This document shows, in pieces, positions 22,350-31,405 of a stretch of 64,000 bases of DNA (position 1 is its first letter; each line of letters opens with the position of its first letter). A program made the translations under genes and the position numbers. The stretch covers positions 1,511-65,510 of the forward strand of contig JAADVB010000090.1 of assembly GCA_023334545.1 (NCBI GenBank), given 5' to 3'. This DNA comes from Salisapilia sapeloensis CBS 127946. Its lineage: Eukaryota > Protista > Oomycota. Below the pieces are notes generated by a model. It ran no database searches. It was not told the DNA's origin and saw only the letters and a program-made list of their open reading frames with translations.

Positions 22350-23270
22350 ATGCTGCGTGCTGGAACCAATTTGCTGCTAAAACGAGCCTTTAATTCCTCT
22401 CGAGTCGTCCAAGACGGCGCCAAGGCTCTGGGGAGTATGCTACCTGCCTGCCACGCTTTCCCGACAGTCGATCATCAGACGAGCGTGGATGATGCCATCC
22501 GTATGCTCGGTCACCAAGACTCCTCCATGCTGCCAATTACGAAGGACAGTCGTGTTGTCGGATTGTTCTCGGCGCATGACTACCTCGAATCGGCCGCCGT
22601 GTCCCACATGACGGAATCCAAGCCAAAGCTCGTGAGCGAAGTGGCCAACATGAACGCAGATCAAGTCGTCGCGTATGCGGATGAATCGGTGGAAGACGTG
22701 TGGGAGAAGATGAATAACCACAATGTCGAGGCCTTGGCTGTGCTATCGGAAGACGATGCCTTGCTCGGTATCGTCACCCGGGAACAGCTGACGGAAGAGA
22801 TCTTCTACAACGATGGCTATTCTCAGCCGACGGTGTACCCGGACAACATTACCGTCGGAACGAGCCACGTGCGAGATGAGATTCTCGAGCTAGCTGGCAC
22901 TGCACCAGACCACGGGCGGAAGCTGTACGACCAATTGAAAGCTGATCTGAACAAAGCCGACGAGTACACTCCGCTCTTGGACGAACAAGATATGGAAAAG
23001 TTTCACCTCGATAAAAGTCTCGAAGACATGGCCTGTGCGTCTTTCTCCGAGTCATCTGACTTTCCGGAACAAACACCCATGGAGGAAGTTCTCTTCGTCC
23101 AGACTTTCGGCCGTGCTCCAACGAATGAAGAGTTAGCTTCGATGCAGCAAAAGCGCATGCCTGAACCGAGTCATGGAGAATTACTCGACCGCACTCCGTA
23201 CTCGGCGACATCGGACTATCCGGAAGCATCTCCGGTGGAAGAAGCTGCGGAACAAGCTTTGCGCAAATAG
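22350..23270 (+). CDS. CBS-pair protein with probable mitochondrial targeting peptide
   Basis: ATG 22350 MLRAGTNLLLKRAFNSSR (Arg-rich, acid-free). CBS repeats TVDHQTSVDDAIRML...MLPIT...VVGLFSAHDY and VAYADESVEDVWEKMNNHNVEALAVL...LLGIVTREQL. Confidence 0.85.
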   Translation: MLRAGTNLLLKRAFNSSRVVQDGAKALGSMLPACHAFPTVDHQTSVDDAIRMLGHQDSSMLPITKDSRVVGLFSAHDYLESAAVSHMTESKPKLVSEVANMNADQVVAYADESVEDVWEKMNNHNVEALAVLSEDDALLGIVTREQLTEEIFYNDGYSQPTVYPDNITVGTSHVRDEILELAGTAPDHGRKLYDQLKADLNKADEYTPLLDEQDMEKFHLDKSLEDMACASFSESSDFPEQTPMEEVLFVQTFGRAPTNEELASMQQKRMPEPSHGELLDRTPYSATSDYPEASPVEEAAEQALRK

Positions 23271-23351
23271 CTAAATCGACAGAATATATATGAAATCAAT
23301 TGCTTGAAAGATCAAATGTTTTCTTTCATTTTCACTCTTCTACTGGTAATT

Positions 23352-26300
23352 CTACATCTTGACGTCGAACAAGTCTTTGTGGAACTTGCTACGGACTATG
23401 TCACGGACAAAGCCCAACATGACAAACTTCTCAAACAACATCACTGCGACCATGTTGCCGAGCAAGAAGCCCAAGTATTCTTGACGGAAACTCGCGGGAA
23501 GCGGAATATCCGGAAGACCAACAACGTTCGTGCCACTGGCAATTCGGAACTGGTCTGTCACGATCGAAGGATCACCAAGGACCAGGTACAGGTTAAAGGC
23601 AAGCATGGCAGCAAAGAAGAGGCAGAAAGCCCAGTTGTGCCAAATTGCCTTTCGGAAGCGAGATCCAAACGAGTACACGAATGCGGCGGTTTGCTGCTGG
23701 AAGACGATCGAGTAGAAGAGGCACGTCGTGATCGAGTTATCCGAGAGCAACCACCACTTGGCAAGATCCGTACCAGCAGGGTCGAACGGACAGTACCAGT
23801 CGCGCTGCACAAGGTAGTGCAGACTGAAGTACAGGAAGATGACGTTGATGATCTCCTGGCCGAGGATCGAGATGATCGTGGTAGGACCAACAAGACTCGA
23901 TGTCGGGCGCTGGGTGCCGAGGTACGACAATGGCTTGGACAGCGTGATGAAGTACGACAGACCGACGAGACAGAAACCGTCCGTCATGATGTAGCACCAC
24001 TCGCTCATGATGACACCGTTGTAGTACTGCACGAGACGCATGGTCGAGGCGATAAGTCCGTACATGACAAGGAACTTGACACTACCGAAGCTCGTCGCGA
24101 GGGAGCAGCGGCCTTCACGGCACAAGTCCACCACCGACATAACCGTCTTAGGCTTGGACGTGAACGGAGAGACGATGGAAGCTTCTGCATCAGACAGAGC
24201 GATACCGGCATGGGCGATACGAAGAGCGCCGCAATCGTTGCCACCGTCACCGCACATACCAGTCACGAAGCCGTAGTCCATGTGCATCTGGACGCACTGG
24301 ACCTTGCCGTCCGGAGTCATACGCGAGAAGATGCGCATGCTGGGGAGAAGCTCCTCCATCAATCCGACGCTCATCAGGTGATCAAACGCCGGGCCAGTAC
24401 AAGCGAGCTCAATCTGGTCCTTGTTGTTCTGCGCCAATTCACGCACCGACTCGGTGGAGAAAGTCTCGCGAGTCTTGACGTCGCTCCAGACGAGCTGTTT
24501 GCCGGCACCACGTTCACCCTGCATGTCAGCGAGAATGACCTGAGCGTTACCGGTTACCATGCCACACTGACGGGCGATGTAGCAGCCACACATGGCGTTG
24601 TCACCGGTGATCATGACTGGACGGATGGAACCTTCCTGGAGCTGACGAATAGCATCGGACGTGTCCTCCTTGAGTTCGTTACGGAAGAGGACGAGACCGA
24701 GGGAGTTAAGACCCGTTTCGACCGTGTCACGGTCCTTGATAAAGTCAAACAACTTATCGTCATCCATGTCCGGAAGCTCACGCACGGTCATACCGAGGAC
24801 GTAGCAACCATCACGTGCGAGCTCTTCGGAAATGTTCGTGTAGTCTGCCGGAAGACTTTCGTCAGTCGCGACTTGCTTCATCTTTTCGTATGAACCCTTG
24901 CAGAAGACATATAGTTTGCGCGTCTCGAGGTCACGCATGACAACAGACATGGACATACGGTGGTGGTCGAACTCGAAGCGCTTGACGACCTGAAGTTGCG
25001 TGCCAGACGGACTCTTGACGACCGGCTGCTTGCCTTCCTCCTCAATGAGCTCCCATCCAGTAGCACGGAACATCTTGACTTCGACCTGGTTACCCACGAG
25101 GTCTCCGTTGAGGGATCCGACTGTGTGGCAGGATGCAAGAGCAAAGATCGACAGCTTGTCCATCTTGTTGAGGTCGATGCCAGGGACCATGTCGAGGAAC
25201 TCTTGGTTCTCCGACTGAATCGGCTTGAAACCGAGGAAGTCGAGACCTTCCTTGGTCAGCGTACCAGTCTTGTCGAAGCAGAAGACACGGATCTTACCCG
25301 TGAGGGCAATACGATTCGTGTTAAGAGAGAAGACGCCGAGCTTTTCGAGACGCTTGGCAGCCATGACCTGACCAACCGTCACGACACACGGAAGCAAAGG
25401 CGAGATGATGCACGAGAGCATGAAGATGGCGTAGCACCAGGCATTAAGTCGGTTAGAGAGCGATCCGTTGCTCGTGAGGAACTTGACGACGAGGATGACA
25501 GCAATGACGGCGTAGACCAAGAGACCAGCGACCATAACCTTGAGGTGCTCGTCGTACTTGAAGCGCATGAGGACCGGGAAGAGGATGTTCTGGATGAGCA
25601 TACCCTTGGATGTGTGGGCACCAGTGGTCTGAACGACAGCGTAGATCTCTTCGTTACGGCCAGAGGACAAGACCTTGGTACCGGAGAAGAGCGTGTACTT
25701 CTTGCCACTTCCCATAATGTCGTACTCATCGTTCGAGTCCGGAATTGGGAACTTTTGCACCGGGTTCGCTTCACCCGTGAGCATACTTTCATCACAGACA
25801 GTGGCACCAGCGACAATGACCATATCGCACGGAAGGGTCCAGTTCTCATGGACAGACACGAGGTCACCAGGAACAAGATCTCGGGAGCTGGCCATCTTCC
25901 ATTCACCCGAACGCTTGACACGGACTTCCGTCTCGTACTTGGACATCTTAACGACCGATGCGCGCATACGACGCGACGTGTAGATGTTAATGATGGCAGA
26001 CAGACCGACGACACATGTCATGACGATACCAAGTTGCCAGTAGTCAAAGTAGTACCAGACGTAGTAGCAGACCATTTGGTAGATGTAGAAGAAGGTAAAG
26101 AACTCGACACGGATGGACGTCAGCATCGACGGCATTTCAATGTCAATCGCATTCGGACCCATGTGGTCGAGACGAGCCTTGTAGGCTTCCGTCGACAAAC
26201 CGTCGGACTCGAGGTGGATGTCTTTAAACGACGTGCCGAGCTCCACGGTGGACGGGACAAAGTACGACCATTCGGCCATGTAGCTGTAGCGCAAGTGCTG

Positions 26301-27596
26301 GAACTCGATGAAACGAGAGCCCTTGTCCGTGACCTTGACAGGCACCGTGGACTCGTGTCCGACCTCTTTGTTCGGCATGAAGAAGTTCTCGACCTTTTGG
26401 ACGAGGTCGACGACCTTCATGCGGTCCTTGAGCATGATCTCACTGTGTTCTGGCTTGAACATGTGGACAAAGTCAGCGCGTTCCAATGGCGTGCGTAGAC
26501 GGAAGAAGTTGCGAATGACCTTTTGCGTCAGCACCAGCGTCATACTCCAGAAAAGCATGATAACCCAGAAGACGATAAAGACCGTGAGGAGAGGCTGGCC
26601 AGAGATGAGTAGTTGACGGCTATATACGCCGTAGTAGTCGAGCATGATTAGGATCAAAATCACGTGGACACCGAGCGTCATGACGGCGAACCAACCGAGG
26701 AGGGCGTTTCCAAGAAGAGAGTTCTGGTAGCCGTATTGCTTAATCTCGGCAGACTGCTCGATAAGCTTCATTTCGCTCGAACGAACGCTGACTTGCGACT
26801 TGCGGTTACCAATAGGCTCACCCGGCACCGGCGTGGCGGGACCTCCCTTGTTGTTCATCAAACCCATTTGCATGCCTTCCTTGTCCCTGGATTTACCCAA
26901 AGACGTGGCTTCGTAGGCTTTCTTGTACAGGAACCAGAGAAGGACGGTAGCGAAGAAGGCGGCGTAAAACACGTAGACGAAGACGGCTGGCGCTTCCCCG
27001 CCAGTCGTGAAGTAGTAGTCGACAGCAGGAGGAGTAAAGGTACAAGCCGCTTCCTCTTCGTCCGTGGTGATCTCCGTGAGGTTTCCACCACAGCGAGCCA
27101 TGTTGTTACGCGGATTCTTGGAGAAGTCGACGTACATGTCTTGGACAAAGCCGAGAGACTTGGCGACTTCCGGGTCCTTGGTGCAGTTGAATTCGTACGT
27201 GAGGGTATCTCCGTCCCTCATTTTACCGGCTTCGGTCAGCGCACAAAAGTCATCGTCTTGCCAGTAGAACTCTGGCGAGCTCGGACGATACTTGTCGTAC
27301 GGGTAGTTGATTTGACGAACAGGGTTGAGCCATCCGTCTTCGTAGATTTGTGAGATGTCTCCACCATGGTTTCCTTTGCCATGCGGACGCTCGTACTCCC
27401 GGAAGACATACTTGATGGTACCCAACTCCTTGTTCGTATCAGCTTCTTGGTAGATGTTGAGGTCACAGCAGTATTTTTTCATCCAGTGCATGGGGCATGC
27501 AGGAAAGTCAGATTGGGCAGGTGCTTCGGCACTTGCGAGGCCGGCGCCCAGGACCAACGCGACGGTCCCGGCGATCTTCATCTTGATGGCAATCAA
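23352..27596 (-). CDS. P5-type P-type ATPase (ATP13A-like) with N-terminal signal peptide and luminal domain; intronless
   Basis: DLVPGD, CDESMLTGEA, phosphorylation motif CFDKTGTLT, YCKGSYE-like FCKGSYE, MITGDN, FSRMTPDGK, MCGDGGNDCGAL, ASIVSPFTS, REGRCSLATSF (P5-typical). Leader MKIAGTVALVLGAGLASAEA. Confidence 0.95.
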   Translation of the reverse strand: MIAIKMKIAGTVALVLGAGLASAEAPAQSDFPACPMHWMKKYCCDLNIYQEADTNKELGTIKYVFREYERPHGKGNHGGDISQIYEDGWLNPVRQINYPYDKYRPSSPEFYWQDDDFCALTEAGKMRDGDTLTYEFNCTKDPEVAKSLGFVQDMYVDFSKNPRNNMARCGGNLTEITTDEEEAACTFTPPAVDYYFTTGGEAPAVFVYVFYAAFFATVLLWFLYKKAYEATSLGKSRDKEGMQMGLMNNKGGPATPVPGEPIGNRKSQVSVRSSEMKLIEQSAEIKQYGYQNSLLGNALLGWFAVMTLGVHVILILIMLDYYGVYSRQLLISGQPLLTVFIVFWVIMLFWSMTLVLTQKVIRNFFRLRTPLERADFVHMFKPEHSEIMLKDRMKVVDLVQKVENFFMPNKEVGHESTVPVKVTDKGSRFIEFQHLRYSYMAEWSYFVPSTVELGTSFKDIHLESDGLSTEAYKARLDHMGPNAIDIEMPSMLTSIRVEFFTFFYIYQMVCYYVWYYFDYWQLGIVMTCVVGLSAIINIYTSRRMRASVVKMSKYETEVRVKRSGEWKMASSRDLVPGDLVSVHENWTLPCDMVIVAGATVCDESMLTGEANPVQKFPIPDSNDEYDIMGSGKKYTLFSGTKVLSSGRNEEIYAVVQTTGAHTSKGMLIQNILFPVLMRFKYDEHLKVMVAGLLVYAVIAVILVVKFLTSNGSLSNRLNAWCYAIFMLSCIISPLLPCVVTVGQVMAAKRLEKLGVFSLNTNRIALTGKIRVFCFDKTGTLTKEGLDFLGFKPIQSENQEFLDMVPGIDLNKMDKLSIFALASCHTVGSLNGDLVGNQVEVKMFRATGWELIEEEGKQPVVKSPSGTQLQVVKRFEFDHHRMSMSVVMRDLETRKLYVFCKGSYEKMKQVATDESLPADYTNISEELARDGCYVLGMTVRELPDMDDDKLFDFIKDRDTVETGLNSLGLVLFRNELKEDTSDAIRQLQEGSIRPVMITGDNAMCGCYIARQCGMVTGNAQVILADMQGERGAGKQLVWSDVKTRETFSTESVRELAQNNKDQIELACTGPAFDHLMSVGLMEELLPSMRIFSRMTPDGKVQCVQMHMDYGFVTGMCGDGGNDCGALRIAHAGIALSDAEASIVSPFTSKPKTVMSVVDLCREGRCSLATSFGSVKFLVMYGLIASTMRLVQYYNGVIMSEWCYIMTDGFCLVGLSYFITLSKPLSYLGTQRPTSSLVGPTTIISILGQEIINVIFLYFSLHYLVQRDWYCPFDPAGTDLAKWWLLSDNSITTCLFYSIVFQQQTAAFVYSFGSRFRKAIWHNWAFCLFFAAMLAFNLYLVLGDPSIVTDQFRIASGTNVVGLPDIPLPASFRQEYLGFLLGNMVAVMLFEKFVMLGFVRDIVRSKFHKDLFDVKM

Positions 27597-27625
27597 AGGT
27601 TCAGAAGATCAAGTGCGCAGTCGAA

Positions 27626-27642
27626 GGAAGATTTGGAAATGA
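27626..27642 (-). promoter_or_regulatory. Possible oomycete-type Initiator (Inr)-like element upstream of the P5 ATPase
   Basis: Minus strand reads TCATTTCCAAATCTTCC about 30-45 nt upstream of the ORF start and resembles the TCAYTY Inr + W-rich flanking element of oomycete core promoters. Short motif that could occur by chance. Confidence 0.3.
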
Positions 27643-29116
27643 AAACCAAACTGATCAAATCTCTCGTGTTTTCCCAACGTACACGCGTGTTTCCCAATAT
27701 TCTTGTAACGTGTTGGCCTATTTATAGCACAAAAAACTGTCAATCCCTCTGCATCTTATCCCGTCACAGGTTAGGTGCACAATGGGAAGACCAGCGTGCT
27801 GGTCATCCAATCCACAGGCACTCGTCTGCTCGTCGTCTACTCTTATGTCAGGCTGCATGGAAGCAGAATGCCATCTTAAAGACGACTCGATCGTTTCAGG
27901 TCGTTTTGCTCGATCAAAGGTTTCATATTGCATATCCCTGTCGTTTTCGATCTTTGCCAACAAAACTTTTACCAGTGGTACAAGAACCTGTTCTTGACCG
28001 GAAACTGACTCGCAGGATCCTTCTGTTAGCACGGTGCAGAAACCTCGCTCCCTTGTTGTCGTAAATACATAGCCTGGATACATCCAAGCTGTCGAATTCG
28101 AAAATTTCACATCCATGAAGCTTCGTAGAGAGGTTCATCCATGAAGACTACATCCGTTTCTAGCGAGGACTTGACTGAAACGGATGCCTGCTTCTACTTG
28201 TTTCCACCTGCATTCCTATACTGTCCGTACGGTACGCGTATAGGCATCTCCTGTCTGCAGCTCAAGTCCGTGTAGATCAATGCTGATTGATGTATATCGC
28301 CTAGCCGTTCTCGTATCCTGTTTCTGTTTTCGTCCGCTTGATTGCACGTGAACCAACACAAATTTACAACGAAAGGATCCGTCGCCCTATGGATGTGTGT
28401 ATGAAGAGTGGTACGCGATTTGGAATTCATTCGCAGACATATTTCCATCACGCTCGTGCACTTCTTGGCACAAAGCAACTTGATAAATGAACAAAGCTCG
28501 ACGCATGTGAGCGAGTAGATCATGTATATGAACAGAAGACGAAACATGAGTTTATAGATCTAATCAGTTTGATGGGAATGTTTACTTGAACCACATAATC
28601 TCTAAACGGCGTGGCACTCATGCAGCTGTCAAACAGTCTACTCAACACGCAACAAGGACGAGCTAACACGCCTACAGACGGCTTCAAGGTCATCACATGC
28701 AGCGGAAAAACGGTACCGTGAAAGCGGAAAATTTGTCTATGCACGCTGAGGAGTGGCAGCTGTTTACTCTACAATCTGCGCATGCAGCGTATGCTATCGG
28801 TGGTCTGTTGACGATAGGCAATATTTTTCCGAGAGGGATCGAGGAAACACCAGAAGTCGTACCCATGATCTACCTACACAAATTTTTTGCTTGGTTCCTC
28901 TGCCTTACACGATTCTATCGTCTCATCTGCTTCCCTGAGTTTAAAAGTCTGCTTGGCCATATACCCATGACATGTCCCCTCTGCTACCCACATCCACTTT
29001 GACCTCGCTATAGAACCTCGTATCTTGTTCCTAGCTGTCGACGATGCATAGGTCTACTTTACGCCTAGATTAGAAGCGACAAGCTACAACACCAACACTT
29101 GAAAAGATTTATTACT

Positions 29117-30090
29117 TTAAAGTTCCCATCGGTTTGGACAGCTCAGACACATGACGATAATGCGAGTCCGGTCTACGACAGCTTTCCGGCGCCATTGTCG
29201 GTATCTCGTACGCCACGATCCGCAACTTCGACATTCAAACAAGTCTGTTTCAGTAAACCCTTCTAGTGCTCGATCTTGACGCATGACTTCATGTGTTCGC
29301 TTGCGAATCCACGCTTTACGCTGTTGCACTAAGACCGGATTGGCCAGCTCACTAGCAGACAAGCGGACGAGATCAGACGCTGGGAGGCTACCTGATAACA
29401 CCCGATCACGCAGATGCGCGTTACGAGCATCGCGAAGATTGAAAAGGAGTTGCCGAGCCTTTTGGTTGTAAGCTTTCGCCAGCGAATAGCTACATGTAGG
29501 GTCAGATGCATATAGACAGGTACGAATGTACACGGAAAATGTTACTCTAAGCCATGGATGTCAAACAGCGCTTCTTCAATCTGGTGCGAGACGGATATAG
29601 CATCCTGTGTAAAGGGTTGAAGAACTTCGTAGACGCGTTCACGGAATTTACGGCGAGACACTATGATGATGTTAAAAACATGTACTACAAATCCTCTATA
29701 CAAGATAATATACCGGTACTCATCGCAAGACTCCACGACTTACATACTCGTCCGACTTGCGTGAACTTTAAAATGTTCACCAATACTTCTTGCGGCAAGA
29801 GTGCTGCAAAGGATTGATTTGCTGGTTTTGCAGGTGACGGATTCAAAGTAGACTCGGTGACACTAGTACTAGAAGATTGGCCTGTTCCGACTGTACAATA
29901 GAATAAGCAATGCCTCCAACAAACGAAAACTTGGTAGGAACGAACCGGATAGTCCGAGCTCTTCCTCGAGCTCTAGCGCCCACGTCGTATCGTCTTCTTC
30001 CTCGCTTTCAACGTCTTCTCCCTTTGAAATAACTTCCTGTCGCCTGTCACGTCCGAGACAGCGAGCTTTATTCGCGCGTGGAGATAGCAT
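29117..30090 (-). CDS. F-box-like + TFIIS central domain + TFIIS-type zinc ribbon fusion protein (4 exons, 269 aa)
   Basis: Exons 30090-29946, 29890-29714, 29660-29546 and 29489-29117 join in frame over GT-AG introns of 55, 53 and 56 nt (810 nt total). Encodes LLPQEVLVNILKFTQVGRVCKSW (F-box-like), IEEALFDIHG...AYNQKARQLLFNLRDARNAHLRDRVLSGSLPASDLVRLSASELA (TFIIS_M) and TDLFECRSCG...CLSCPNRW (zinc ribbon). Confidence 0.85.
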
Positions 30091-30225
30091 GAGCTCTAGC
30101 CTCTCCGACGCCGGTCGCTCGCGGTTGTGAGCATGCCGGCATGCAGGAAACTCTTCCAGGTAGCACGAAGGTCGTTCCGATGGTTTCTCGAAGGTTGCGC
30201 GACAATACCTATCGACACTAATCCA

Positions 30226-31289
30226 ATGGACGAGTATGAAGAGTACTTTGATGCGATGCTCTTCGTAAATGACGAGTAGGGTCCTTTATGATGTATCAAT
30301 ATACTCTGATATTCATCCTCTGTTGTGTGTTGTTGTAGTTACGTTGAGCAGACGTTTGAGATCGGTCAAGACTGCCAACAGACCTTGCTGGCGTCATCCT
30401 CGGCATCCGTAGGTTGCATGTTGTAGTTTGCATGAACGAGTATTGATGCTAGGACCTTATAGACAGATCATGACTTGACAGGGCAGATCGTATGGCCTGT
30501 GTCTATCTTTCTTGCATGGTGAGTACCTGGTTTTGCATCTTCTTGTCGACATGCTGACGTCTGGGTAGGTTCATGTCATCTAAGAAAGAAGAATTGAAAG
30601 GCAAAAACGTCGTGGAACTAGGTGCAGGTGCCGGTCTTAGTGGTCTTGCTGCTGCTCAATACAGGTACATATTTACTATACTGCTGTCGTTCGAGTCCTA
30701 ATGATATAATGATAGTCATCGCACGGTCTTAACGGACGGTAATGATATTGTGTTGGACTTGCTTGAAAAGAATGCCAAGCAATACGCCATCAATCCAGAC
30801 GTACGTCCTAAAAGTTTGTTTCTTTATAACACAACTTACAAAGTATAACGATAGAAAGTTTCTGTTCTGCCGCTATTGTGGGGCGAATCAGCTAGTGTGC
30901 ATGCGTTTGAGGCAGCTTTCCAGGCCTCCGTGGACATTATCATCGGAGCAGACGTCGTCTGCTGGCCAAAGCTCGTCAAGCCATTGCTACAGACGATCAA
31001 GTACTTGATGCTGCGTCATCCACAGCCACTCACCTGTCGCTTCTACTGTGGATTTGTCTGTAGAGCCCAGTCGACGGAAGACTTGTTGTTCCAAGAAGCA
31101 AAGAGCTTTGGATTCAACGTCACTAGAATCGACGATGAAACATTCTTGCCATCTCCACGTCCAGAGCAAGTCGTATCTCATCGGGAACTGCAGCTCCTGT
31201 CTTTCCAATTAGATGCAAGCAAAAGCAATTGGGATGCTCCTGTCGAGTTCTCGGATGCAGAGCTCGATGGTCTCCAGACCGCTTGCTAA
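30226..31289 (+). CDS. Methyltransferase-16 family (METTL21/EFM-like protein lysine methyltransferase), multi-exon
   Basis: Spliced motifs: TDHDLTGQIVWPVSIFLAW, GKNVVELGAGAGLSGL (SAM motif I), VLTDGNDIVLDLLEKN, LLWG, DIIIGADVVCW. Start ATG 30226 (MDEYEEYFDAMLF). Confidence 0.9.
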
Positions 31290-31405
31290 TACATCAAATA
31301 CATCTTGCTTTTCATACTTCTTTCATAGCCTTTCTTATCCGTACTTGATTGCATCGATACAAATCGCAAGAGAAAACGTGGAACCGCAAGTGCGGCGACC
31401 GAGGC

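Noticed and set aside
23304-26498. Long plus-strand ORFs of 529 aa (23304-24893) and 512 aa (24960-26498)
   Set aside because: They are in-register antisense shadows of the P5 ATPase. Its strong C/G-ending codon bias removes stop codons on the opposite strand, and the products show no recognisable motifs.
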